A DNA stretch of 60,699 bases, counting the filler, from Hausera hauseri (Eukaryota), in assembly GCA_046269625.1 (NCBI GenBank). It is 10 parts of 10 records of this genome, joined end to end, with 100 filler letters (N's around TTAATTAATTAA, not from the genome) between each part and the next. Parts side by side here need not be neighbours in the genome. Positions count along the whole stretch, not along the records: positions 50,260 to 54,244 come from JBJURY010838970.1; positions 54,345 to 60,699 come from JBJURY010108320.1; 8 more parts are not named here. One strand, given 5' to 3'. Each line of letters begins with the position of its first letter. The stretch's first letter is position 1. The position numbers were made by a program, and so were the translations under genes. This document shows positions 50,160-60,699 of the stretch, one piece after another. A model generated the notes under the pieces. That model did not search any database and was not told the DNA's origin. It saw only the letters and a program-made list of their open reading frames with translations.

Positions 50160-51534
50160 NNNNNNNNNNNNNNNNNNNNNNNNNNNNNNNNNNNNNNNNN
50201 NNNTTAATTAATTAANNNNNNNNNNNNNNNNNNNNNNNNNNNNNNNNNNNNNNNNNNNNTTTTATATTGCTAGTATTAATAATTGTGTTCAGAATGATGA
50301 TGGTTGTGTGAAACAGGAAGGGCAGAATGTAAGATGGGCCTGGGTGCCCAATTCTTTGAAAAGTTTATTTGTTTGACTTGCTCATCATGTGCGATGTTCA
50401 GCTGCATGATTGCAGTCGGAAGAACATGTTCATGCAGTTCTCACCACATCTCACCCATCACCAACTGTTTAACACCATTTGTACACACTTGGCCGTGACT
50501 TTGTTTACAAACATCTAAAATATTCAGCTAATTTAACATTTTCCTTGTGAAGATGTTTGAGCACCATCATTCCAGAGACAGAAATATGCCTCTCATGGCT
50601 GTGATTGCTGTTAAAGCTGCACATACTCAAAAGACATACATGAACAGTTATAGTCAAGTTATATGCACACGAAAGTCTAGTAGCCTTTGAATGACCCTTA
50701 TAGTTTATCAGTGTACCTGTCCCTCACACCCCCCCCCACCCCCCACCCCCCCATGTAGTGACTTCCAGGAAACAGAAAGGAAACGTATCAGCCAATGGGT
50801 ATAGAATCAGGATGGTCCACAGGCAGTGGTTGGTCACTACAAGAACAGTCATTTTGAGGGCTCGGCAACTCACTGCTCGGTGACATAATATCCACAAGTC
50901 CATTTTGGTCATTTTTATTGTTTTGTGTGCAGAAGTACGCTAGAGCTGCCCAGCCAATCATCTTGTTTCATTACAGATATTGATTTTGAGACTGTGATAT
51001 ATCTGTTTACTTTTCAATATTTTATCCATACAGGGGCGATGGGGAAGCGTACGTATTTCCAAGAGAAAGACACCGCTCAGCTGATTCTGCATGTGGTCAA
51101 GGAAAAGACGGATGAAAATGAGGATCACTCTGTTGTGAACCCAAATTCTCTTCCAAAGGTTTTCATTGTATTTGTTACATAGATTTATTGTTTTACAACC
51201 TACATTGTTACTATATGATCAATAACTGTAAGTTGTTATTTTACTCCTTTATCTCTATATTTTGATTGCTTAGTTCATTCATTTTGGTTAGACAATTTTC
51301 CTTGATGTCATCTTTGTTGTTAGAGTAATAGTAGTCTACTTAATTTTACGAACATTTTATCGGAATAAAATCGCATAAATAATTTAATAAAAATATAAAA
51401 AGGAAGTCCCTCTTTGTTTAACCGTCCCATAAGAATTGTTGTCTAAAATCACATAAATAAGGGGCACTGTCGATAGTGTGCATCCTAGCGATAGATTCAC
51501 ACCCTAGGACCAAATAATAATAGAGTAACCCATA

Positions 51535-53070
51535 CAGGTTACTGTAAATTTAATTAAGTGTACATTTGAGGTCGTGAGGCCCAAACCATATTAACAATTT
51601 CTAAACTTAATCGTCACACATAGGAAGCTAGAAATGTGCAAAGAAGACAAGTTGATACCGGCAAACCACACTGGTATACGGCTCGGAATGAGGAAGAAAT
51701 TCTGCGATGTTTTATTAATGACCCTAACACGTCAACCAACATTGTAGCTCGCCATCTTGGCATGTTCCAGTGGAAAGTTTGGTCTGTTGTTCACTTATCA
51801 GGACGACACCCGTATCACTATCAACTTGTGCATACATGAGAAGAAAGAGATCCGTCAAGACGGTTGGAATTTTGCCGCTTCATGTTGACTGTCGATGCCG
51901 ATCAGGCTGATTTTTTAAAAAGTATTTTGTGGACAGATGAGTCCAAATTTGATAAGGATGGAATAGCGAATTATCACAACCTGAACTACTGGGCACCAAA
52001 AGTTGAGAGAACCCCCAAAAATTAAAAAAACTGCATCTCGGCGCAGATTTTCTGTAATTGTTTGAGTGGGTGTTATCAACGATAAAATAATTGGACCACA
52101 TATCTTGCCTACTAACTTGAACGGTAAAAATTATGAAGATTTCCTCAGGAATAATTTACCAGAGTTACTTGTTGATGTTACCGAAGAGACAAGAAATAAT
52201 ATGATATTTCAACATAATGGATGTCCAGCACACTATCGAATGAGTGAGAGTGGTTAGATCAAAATTATCCAAACCGATGGATATGGAGAGGTGGCCCAAT
52301 TCCATGGCCTGCACGAAGCCCCGATTTGATGTCGTTAGATTTTTACGTCTGGGGCCACATGAAAGATTTGGTATATCAAGACTCAATTAGTTCAGTGGAA
52401 CTCTTAAAGTAAAAATTCTAAGTGATGCCGAAACTATGTGGACGGAATTCAGCTCAAAGGTCACCAAGACAGATGTGAGAGAACGGATTCGGCTCTGCAC
52501 AACAAACCGAATTGTTAATTATAAATGAATTTGTACGAATTTTTTATTCTTTTATTTTCCCAAAACTATAGTTTTGTTAATTATTTGGTACACCCTACTT
52601 GATACTATTTGTAGTTATCTGAACTAATTATTTTAAGTGTTTGTACTGACATTCATACATTTTTGAATAGCTGACATAATGGCAATTTTATGTTAATAAT
52701 TTGTACATTAGGTGTGATATTGTTTTGAGCTGGACAGTGTTTTTTATCACCTAAAAGTGCCGTTTAAGTTAAATAAAACGTTAGATCAGCGAATTTTTTT
52801 AAAGTGTTTGTATTTTTCGAATTCTAATTAGTATCATAGATCCGATATTGTGTCAACTAAAATGTTTTTTTTTTAAATTTAACCCATGCAAGAAGAACAT
52901 TTTTTTATTTTTCTTTAAATGGTTAATTCTGGAGGTTTTTGAAAAGTACCTAAAATTCCAATTTCTCGAAAACTACTGTATTTCGGTGGAACATTTGGTG
53001 GTTTAATTTGTTGAATTTTAACCCTACTATAACATCCTACAAGGAATACGTCGAGTTACCAGTAACTCTG
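51535..53070 (+). mobile_element. Tc1/mariner superfamily, rosa (DD41D)-like element, defective
   Basis: ILWTDESKF...NYHN..YWA, GVINDKIIGP, FQHNGCPAHY, RWIWRGGPIPWPARSPDLMSLDFYVWGHMK. Ends TA-CAGGTTACTG / CAGTAACTCTG-TA. Confidence 0.85.
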
Positions 53071-54052
53071 TATAAACCAAATTAATCAGAATTAGGATAA
53101 TTTTTGACCTGACAAAACATGATGGTACGTATATGTATCAAGAGTCTAGAAAGGGTTACGAGTCAAACATCAGATGGACATTTATGAGATTTACAAAACA
53201 ACAGGAAAACACAATTAGTCAAATATTAATGGTCGAGAAAATGGCAAAATTTTCTTTCTTTATAAAATTCTTCTGCGTGTTAGGGGGAAGGTGAATATTA
53301 TTAATCAACATAAAATTTTACACTTGCTCAACCTGTAGAACTTGTAAAACTGCAATTATCAGGAAGATGCTGTTTGTTGTAAGGATTAAAGGATCCAAAA
53401 GCAAAATAGCATTAAAGGAGCAAATTTAACTGAGTGTTTTAAATATTTCAAAATGGACTCCAAGAAGTCAAAATTAACAGATGACAAATGTAAAATTTTG
53501 GTTTAAAAGGATCAGAAAATCAGGCGATAAACCATTCGTCACGATAATTTAAAAGTCCAACGAAGAAGAACTTTGCCAACGACTGGATATGCTTCATCCA
53601 ATAATCCGACCAACAAATAAAGGAAAGAATCTATGCACCAACGGCATTTTTTGGATTACACACAAATATGCAATTCAGCAGAAGTCTTTGTCCTATCTAT
53701 CCTAATAAACCGAAGCACAAAAAATTAAATGTGACATTACACTGAAAGTATATTGTAATAAATTTGTGTGATTGCGTATTAGTAGAGATCAACCAATAGA
53801 AAAGCAAGTTATTTATATATTTAAAACTATCTCAAAAGACAACAAAGTTAACATGTTGAATTATGTTTCTTAAATTTCATGGAATTTAGGATGTTCATAT
53901 TGCTCTATTTCCATACACTTGAAAACGTGATTGAACAAGCATGGAGTTTTCATATTTTCGGTAAATTAAATGAGACTTCAATACCGTTATTTCTGCTTCG
54001 CTAACTGTTTGAGATAATCCCATATCCCGATTCCGTAATATCAATGTATTGA

Positions 54053-54244
54053 GAGTAGGGAGAAAATGCGGGTTCTGCCTCACCCTTGGGGGTGTGCGAA
54101 TCAATAAATCAATATTGCACATGTTCTAATCGATAGTGCACCCGGAGCACTATCGATCCATAAAGTGCCTAGCAACGGTGCCCTTATGCACCGTTGCTAG
54201 GCACATTTTTGCACATTTTACAAATCGATCGCTGCACAGTGCAG
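54053..54244 (+). mobile_element. Hairpin-rich 5'-GAGTAGGG repeat terminus (third copy)
   Basis: Perfect 17-bp stem GTGCCTAGCAACGGTGC/GCACCGTTGCTAGGCAC at 54165-54204 and 11-bp stem at 54129-54157. Colinear with 30014-30205. Confidence 0.75.
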
Positions 54245-54344
54245 NNNNNNNNNNNNNNNNNNNNNNNNNNNNNNNNNNNNNNNNNNNNTTAATTAATTAA
54301 NNNNNNNNNNNNNNNNNNNNNNNNNNNNNNNNNNNNNNNNNNNN

Positions 54345-55042
54345 CATATTTACATATGTAGCCTCTAGGAATAAATTTACCTTTATTGCATTTAACCGCT
54401 GAAGTTCATCTTTGATTATGCATTCTATTTCTGCCTTGTTGTTTTCCCGGAACTCCATGATGCTTTGGTCATTCTCATTTGCATATACGGAATATGTTCA
54501 CCTTTCGTTTCATGGCGTGATTATCGAGAATTCTTAAGCGTGGATTTTTATTGGTGCTGATAGACGGTTTTGTTTGTCGTTTTTGAGGAATTCGTTCATA
54601 TTGAGTCCGTAATACTTTGTTCAGGATTTCCAGTTTCTTCATTTATTGAAATTCTTCAAAATGATTCTTGTGCAGATTATGGAAATTTGAGAATTGTGAT
54701 TTTTCCGCTCTTTTGAATTTCGGACTAACGAAATATATCCCGTGTTTGACTTCATAATATTTTTCCATTTCTTCGGGATATGTGAAAGATATTGATGGGT
54801 TTAAGGCTGTCATAGGTTTGATTAATTCAGCCATTTGCTTCTTTGATCCTATAAACTGATTTAAATGATGCTTGTTTTTCATAAAAATCCAAATACAAAA
54901 TATCAACGTCGACAGATTTAGATTTAGGGCATAGATAATAATTATATCCATTTTTTTATTGTCTGTAATATCGTTCCATTGTCTGATGGCATTTCTCCTC
55001 ATCACGTATTTTCGAATTGCAGTAACTGTTATAGAAATTGCA
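54345..55042 (-). pseudogene. pPolB N-terminal region (subfamily like 26974) with two Cys/His-type repeats
   Basis: CNFYNSYCNSKIRDEEKCHQTMERYY..NGYNYYLCPK...NKHHLNQF, then a degenerate repeat MEKYY...YFVSPK...FHNLHKNHF, then IIKDELQRLNAIKVNLFLEATY (compare AELKALKVNMKLEAT at 27815). Confidence 0.7.
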
Positions 55043-55479
55043 CTAAAACAGTTGAATATAGTAAAGTTAAAAATAATCTATATTCTTTACTCATGTTGAA
55101 CGAGAGAGATAAAGTGACTGTTCAATAATGAAATAGTATTAATACGTGCATTATGCGTGTGTGTGGTTTCAACGTTTGATTTGTATGCAGTTTTTTTTGT
55201 TTTTAATAAATGTACATTATTTATCAAAGTTCAGCTCATGAATGATATCCACGTTTTTGTATACAAATAATTTTATTGTGTGCGTGTATTATTTTATATC
55301 ATTGTCTATATAGTTTTAACCACTAGCTTGCATGTTTGTGATACTATTTAATTGATTTTTCTCTATGTAAATTATGCTACATTCATATGATGAAAGTCTT
55401 TATATACATACACACATGCTGAGCACGAAACATCATGTGCCAGGCTTAGTATTTCAGCCTTCTTGCATACACGGTTTTT

Positions 55480-56760
55480 TTTATGTTGTTCGATTCGTCT
55501 CACTGAGACGAATCGAACGGTACCCATATCGATTACAGTTACTGAGCTACAGGTCATTTCCCGACCCCTTAAAACCATTGTTGCTTCGTCTTTTGCTCAT
55601 AACTCCGACCGATACAATCCACCTGCATCCCATGCGATGCAGCACAATGTGACGTATTAAACGATACCCGAACGGACTCAATCGGTCTGTTGTCGGCTGA
55701 GATACAGTACATTATCGGAAATTTGGCCGAAAAACCTCATCTGTGACAGAACCGGCATATTCTTTGTCGGGCTGCCAGAATGGTTGTACGAACATGTTAC
55801 ATATCATTCAAGTCACGATGCCATAACTAGGCCAACTGTGTAGAGAAACCGACAATATGGGTTTTCGTTCAGACTCAATTCCCAAAAAACCTCAAATGCT
55901 CACTGCTCAATCGAAATGAGTCGGACGATCGAGATCATTGCACCGTTCGACTCGTCTCCCAATCATCGTTCCAACGATATGCAGACCATTTCACTATCCA
56001 TTACCGTTCCAGAGTTATGGTCATTTTCCCGGTTTTTAACTTTAAATCGCTCTAGCGCACAATTGATTTGTACTCAAACTACTCAGTCGATAGATCTAAC
56101 CGAGTACTACACGAAGGAATTGATGAAAGCCCTGTGTGATGTGAGGATTTTGAGCAGTGCTCATTTCAAACTTTTTTTGCTCAGTTTTCTGCTCATAACT
56201 CCATCCCGTACAAACCAATGACGTGAGTCTGCGCTTCATCATCCTCATCTCATTGAGACGAATCGAATGACACCAAAACGAACTCTACGACTTCTACGGG
56301 CTGAGATATTGAATTTCCGACCATTTTCACCGAAAAACCGGAACTGTGACAGAATCGGCATACCCTTTTACGGGCTATCCAGAAAGGTTATCCATACAAT
56401 CCTTATATCGTTCGAACCGCGCTGATGTGCCTAGGTCAACCGTGATGAGAAAATTGCGATATATTTCTTCAGTCCGACACAAGTCCCCAAAAACCACCTT
56501 TTCTTTCAGGTTAATTTCTCGGTGTCCTTACGGGATTTTTGCAATTTTTCAATTCATAACACATGAGGACACGGCTGCTGCGCATTTTTGCATCATTTCC
56601 TGCTCAGATATTGCTCAACTTCCGGTGAAAATGGCATAAATTTGCGCAAATTTCACCGCAATTGACGCAAATTTACACTGGAAGTTGCGAAATTTCAGAC
56701 CGGATGTTACGCGATTTTTGGGGGCTGGGGGTCTGTGCCAGAACCGGCAATTTTATACTA
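55480..56760. repeat. Internally duplicated repeat (about 600-bp offset) ending in a terminus related to the GAGTA family
   Basis: GCTCATAACTCC at about 55595/56190. CTGTGACAGAA.CGGCATA at 55741/56344. GAGACGAATCGAA at 55505/56255. End rc AGTATAAAATTGCCGGTTCTG. Confidence 0.6.
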
Positions 56761-56879
56761 CTGTATTAAGTCGACAAAACGTCAACAAAACACAATTAGT
56801 CAAATATTAGATGGATATTAATACGGGGAAAGGAACACACTGGGCCAATATAATTTTCCTATTTCGGGCCACCCAGGAT

Positions 56880-57720
56880 TGGAAATGAATATTCAATAAT
56901 CAATTTTTAATTTTTTCAAATATTGATTTTCAAAATGTACAATATCGATTTTCGAAAGTGCAAATTTCGAAATTTTTCGAAAAGATGAAAAATGTTTATT
57001 TTCGAATTCTGTATATGATGGTATTATTAAGAAAATTTTCGAAAAAATTTTTTTGAACTCAAATATCTTTTCACCGAATTTTCGAATAATTTTGGTTGGA
57101 AAGGCAAAAATGTTCAGTTTTTCGAGCTCTATTCTGTACGACGATTTGAATATTTCGCAAAAAATTTTCAAGATGAAATATCTTGGGAACGAAAAATCGT
57201 ATTTACATGCGATCAGCTGGGTCGGTTGCAGAAAAAATTGTCTAACTTGGACATAAATTATTCGAAAAAATTTTTTCGAACTCGATTTTTCGATTTACCT
57301 AGTTTTAAAATAATTTTGAGTCCTACATGAAGAATGATCATTTTTTAGTTCTATCGACTGGTACAAGTCGCATGTCAATATGACTTACCGTTTCGAATAT
57401 ATATCGATTCGAATATTTCGAAAAATATTTTCAAAATGAAATATCTCCACAACGAAAAATTGTATTGACATGCGATCAAGTGGATTAGATATTTAGAAAA
57501 CAATTCTCTATCGACTACACTTAAAAGGATCGAATTTCATTTTAAAATAGTCGATTTTTAATGCTTAGAATATTCGAAACGCAATATCTCAGCCCCCAAA
57601 CGTCGTATTGACCTGTGATCAAGTTTGTCTGAATTAGGAAAATATCCTCTATCAAATAAAATCAAAATTATCGATTTCCAATTTTTTCGATAAAACTCGA
57701 TTTTGCAATATTTTTTCTAA
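56880..57720. repeat. TTCGAA-rich MITE/TIR-like repeat with recurring TATTGACATGCGATCA motif
   Basis: Motif at about 57200, 57463 and 57606, and inverted at about 57367. Similar TTCGAA-rich tracts at 26395-26700 and 30830-31010. Confidence 0.55.
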
Positions 57721-57893
57721 TATTTTTTCATTCTGTCATTTACGCCAAGTCAGTAGCTGTTATTTAAGCCAAAAAAACACCGCAAATATTGTTTGCATGC
57801 AATGATATTCACGTTTCTATGTAATAACGTAAAAATACAATTAACTTTTCATATAGCATGCAAATAAATTAAAAATATGTATAAATGAAATGT

Positions 57894-60460
57894 TTACACA
57901 TGTGTACAATAATGTCCATATGCGACACTTTTGTTCTTTGTTATACACTGGCGTTTGTCATCGAATGGATCCAACGCGTTTTTTCTCTAATGGATTGTCA
58001 TCAGCTGGTGACTTGGACCCAATTCTTTCCTGATACACCATGGTGCTTCAACCGGTTTCGTATGCTTGTAAGTAGTTGCTGAACTGCAAATTGGTTTGTT
58101 TGAGATTGATGCCCTTGCATTTGAGCACTGGTTTGGTTTGGGTTTTGAGGGCATAGGATTTCGGCCGTAGGAAAATTGCCTCTTGATATACAACGCAGCT
58201 CTTACTTTCGTTTTTAAATTTATCAATTACAGATGCGAAACGAGTCGAGTACAGTGGATCACTCTTGTCATATTTCGAAGTGTCCAACTGTTCATTGGCT
58301 ATCATTGTCGACAAGAGCTGTGTTAGCATATCAACTCCACGACACTCAAGAAAGAAACTGTCAGTTTCACCAGCAACAACATTATGTTCACACTGGAACT
58401 GATGCCTATATGACTCCAACTCTATGTAATTCAGCTCATACATTCTTAACTTAGAAAGATCAAGTACGGCCCGACCAATGTATGAGGGTCTATCTAAAGT
58501 GACCATGTCTTTATCGAGAAGAACAGCAACCAGATCATCAGCTATAATAATGCTCTCTTTAAACTGGGCCTTACCAGCATATGTAACTAGCTTTTTAGCA
58601 TTATTACACAGTTTCAAATTTAACTTTTTCAATAGGTTTTCAACTGTTTTCTCACATAAGCTATTGTTTTTCAACTTGAAGAATTCATTCTCAAAAGGAT
58701 TGTTTGCTGCAGCCCTTTTGGCAGTATTTAAGTCAATGTAATCCTTAAAGACATAGCCTTGGTCAAACTCAACACCTCGATGAACCTTTTCAACTATAGA
58801 ACCTAACTTGATGTACAGCTGTAAGAGGCGATAATGAGCAACATAGTTGGACTTACGCTCAAGTGTAAGCAACATTTTCTTTACTTTAGAACCGGATAGA
58901 CATTGGTTGATTGGCGCTAGAGGTAGTTGGTCCAACTTATTATGTTTGTCTGCCGGAATGCTTATGTCAACTTCAAAGACTAAGCCTCGTTTTTCTCTAA
59001 CACAGTCAATAAAAGGTAATTGTTGGATCAGACTGGCCAAGACGTCCTCATCGTAAATCCAAGTTAGATTCGCAAATGGCAGAGGTTGTGATAAAACCCA
59101 GCCATATAAATTATTTACATCTATATTCAAGAGACTGGTGCTTTCATCTGTTACAACCCTATGCTTATTTTCAAAAGTCATACCACCGCAAATACCCGAT
59201 TGAAAGAACTGATACATTTCAGGATCCTGTAAAAGTCAATCTTACAAGGACTTGTTTTCAGTGTTGTGAACCAAGACAAACCAGGAATAGAAACGAAATT
59301 AACCGCCTCTAATCCATTTTGCAACTTAACCTCTTTTCTAAACCGTTCGAAAACATCTCCTAACAAGTATACATCAAGTTTCATGTATATATAATCTAAA
59401 ATGCTGTTACAACTATATCTCGACCAGGTAAGTTGTGCTTCCTTATAGTCACTATCGCTAACAGCATCCCATTTAGCTGGTAACTCAGTAATAAACTCAA
59501 AATCAGTGAATGTTTTGACAGCCGTGTATAGAAAAATACCTTTTCCCTTAATAATGTCAGAAGGAAAAGCTGACTCAGTAAAAGGAGAGCTATCTAAGTT
59601 GGAAGCCAAAGTCTTCAGTAAAGCCGGTAGAAACTGGAACGAGTTTAGAAACCGAATAGATACTGACTTTTGAGCTGAACAGCGGATCATTGCCTGCATT
59701 GTTAAAAACTTTTCAGTTGTTTGCGAAATAACACTTAATTCCCAACTGTTGAATTTACTTACTGCGTGTTTTAAGACATAATGGAGATCATATCCACGCA
59801 AATTATGGAAAATAACAGGTAAATTACCCCTAATCTTACGAGCCAAGTTACACTGATTGCATGCTGCGCCTAAGTATTTACCTGTAATATGACAGTGACC
59901 CCGAACAAATGTAGTGCCCTTTTCATGACAGAGGTAACGAGTTGTTGCATTTTTAAAACGAGACCATTCAGCAGATGTTAACGGAATCATCGGTTCTTTG
60001 GCATTTTCTTACCATGGGAAAACTAAGGTTTTCACTATATTTTCCAGACAAGCTAAAAATTCGACTATACAATTTCCACCTACAAATTGCCTATATTCAA
60101 TACCTGTTGTGAAACTAACAAAAGATCGGCTGCAGCAGTCAAATGAATATACTTGATTTTATCATCAGGACACAGAACAGATTCAAAGTCAGCATATACG
60201 ATGAAAGGTGGACTTATGGATTTTGCCCGGTCCTTAAATTCACAAAACTTATTTTCGGGCATTTTGTATAAAGTCATGCATTTGTCTGAAAAATTGCACA
60301 TGGGTACATGCTTAAAATATGCAGTGTCAAGCCTAAATTCATGTAAACATTTCTCACACCAATGTTTACATTGAATACGGATTTTCTTACTATCTATATT
60401 TAATAGTCGCTTAAAATTGGGTACAGCACCATAGTGAAAGTGATCATTCTGGGTTTTAAT
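57894..60460 (-). pseudogene. polB: pPolB with endonuclease VII domain; best-preserved copy (389-aa and 270-aa open segments)
   Basis: FHYGAV.NF.RLL..C..C...H zinc finger; IVYADFESVL; HCHITGKYLGAACNQCNL; VIFHNLRGYDLH; LDVYLLGDVFERFR; IDVNNLYGW; FKLKNNS; VAGETDSFF; LRPKSY; AYGHY. Confidence 0.95.
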
Positions 60461-60699
60461 TTGTTATCATAAATCCAACAAACTGTGTAAAGAAAAAAAA
60501 CCCACAAGAAACAAATTATATTCAATAGTAAATTACTAATTATTAATCTTTTCAAAAATCAATTTTCTATATATATATACATTTATGTACAATTGTCTAT
60601 TGGAAGGTAATAGGCAATACGAGATTGTTACCGACGTATGCATTTGCCAACAATTTAAAATCCATCAATTTGTATCTGTCAATTTGTATCAAAGTTTGT

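Noticed and set aside
50260-51300. Short Cys-rich ORFs at the contig start
   Set aside because: No coherent domain, and origin (fish vs invertebrate) is unclear.

Overview
This window is not one locus. It is ten short eukaryotic contigs joined by nine identical artificial 100-bp linkers (44 N + TTAATTAATTAA + 44 N). Most contigs are AT-rich, repeat-dense invertebrate-like DNA. They carry a 6-kb satellite with a 16-bp unit and six degenerate copies (about three subfamilies) of a Polinton/Maverick/adintovirus-type protein-primed DNA polymerase B with an embedded endonuclease VII domain. They also carry Ty3/Gypsy remnants (CsRn1-like), a mariner nested in a piggyBac, a rosa-type Tc1/mariner and a hairpin-rich terminal-repeat family. 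One contig (38373-45242) is teleost fish DNA (lmo2 first coding exon, L2, Rex3), which suggests a fish-associated invertebrate sample. The most notable observations are: (1) an unrecognised, tandemly repeatable Cys/His domain at the N-terminus of three pPolB loci, plus a shared small tail-anchored ORF and an AGDTDS motif C; (2) a 4.5-kb cassette of intronless host gene pieces (WDFY3, a DRAK-like kinase, DDB1) between degenerate GC-rich inverted repeats, resembling a Pack-type element; (3) a pseudogene joining a bromodomain to two NAB NCD2 domains. All family calls come from motifs recognised by eye; no database search was run.
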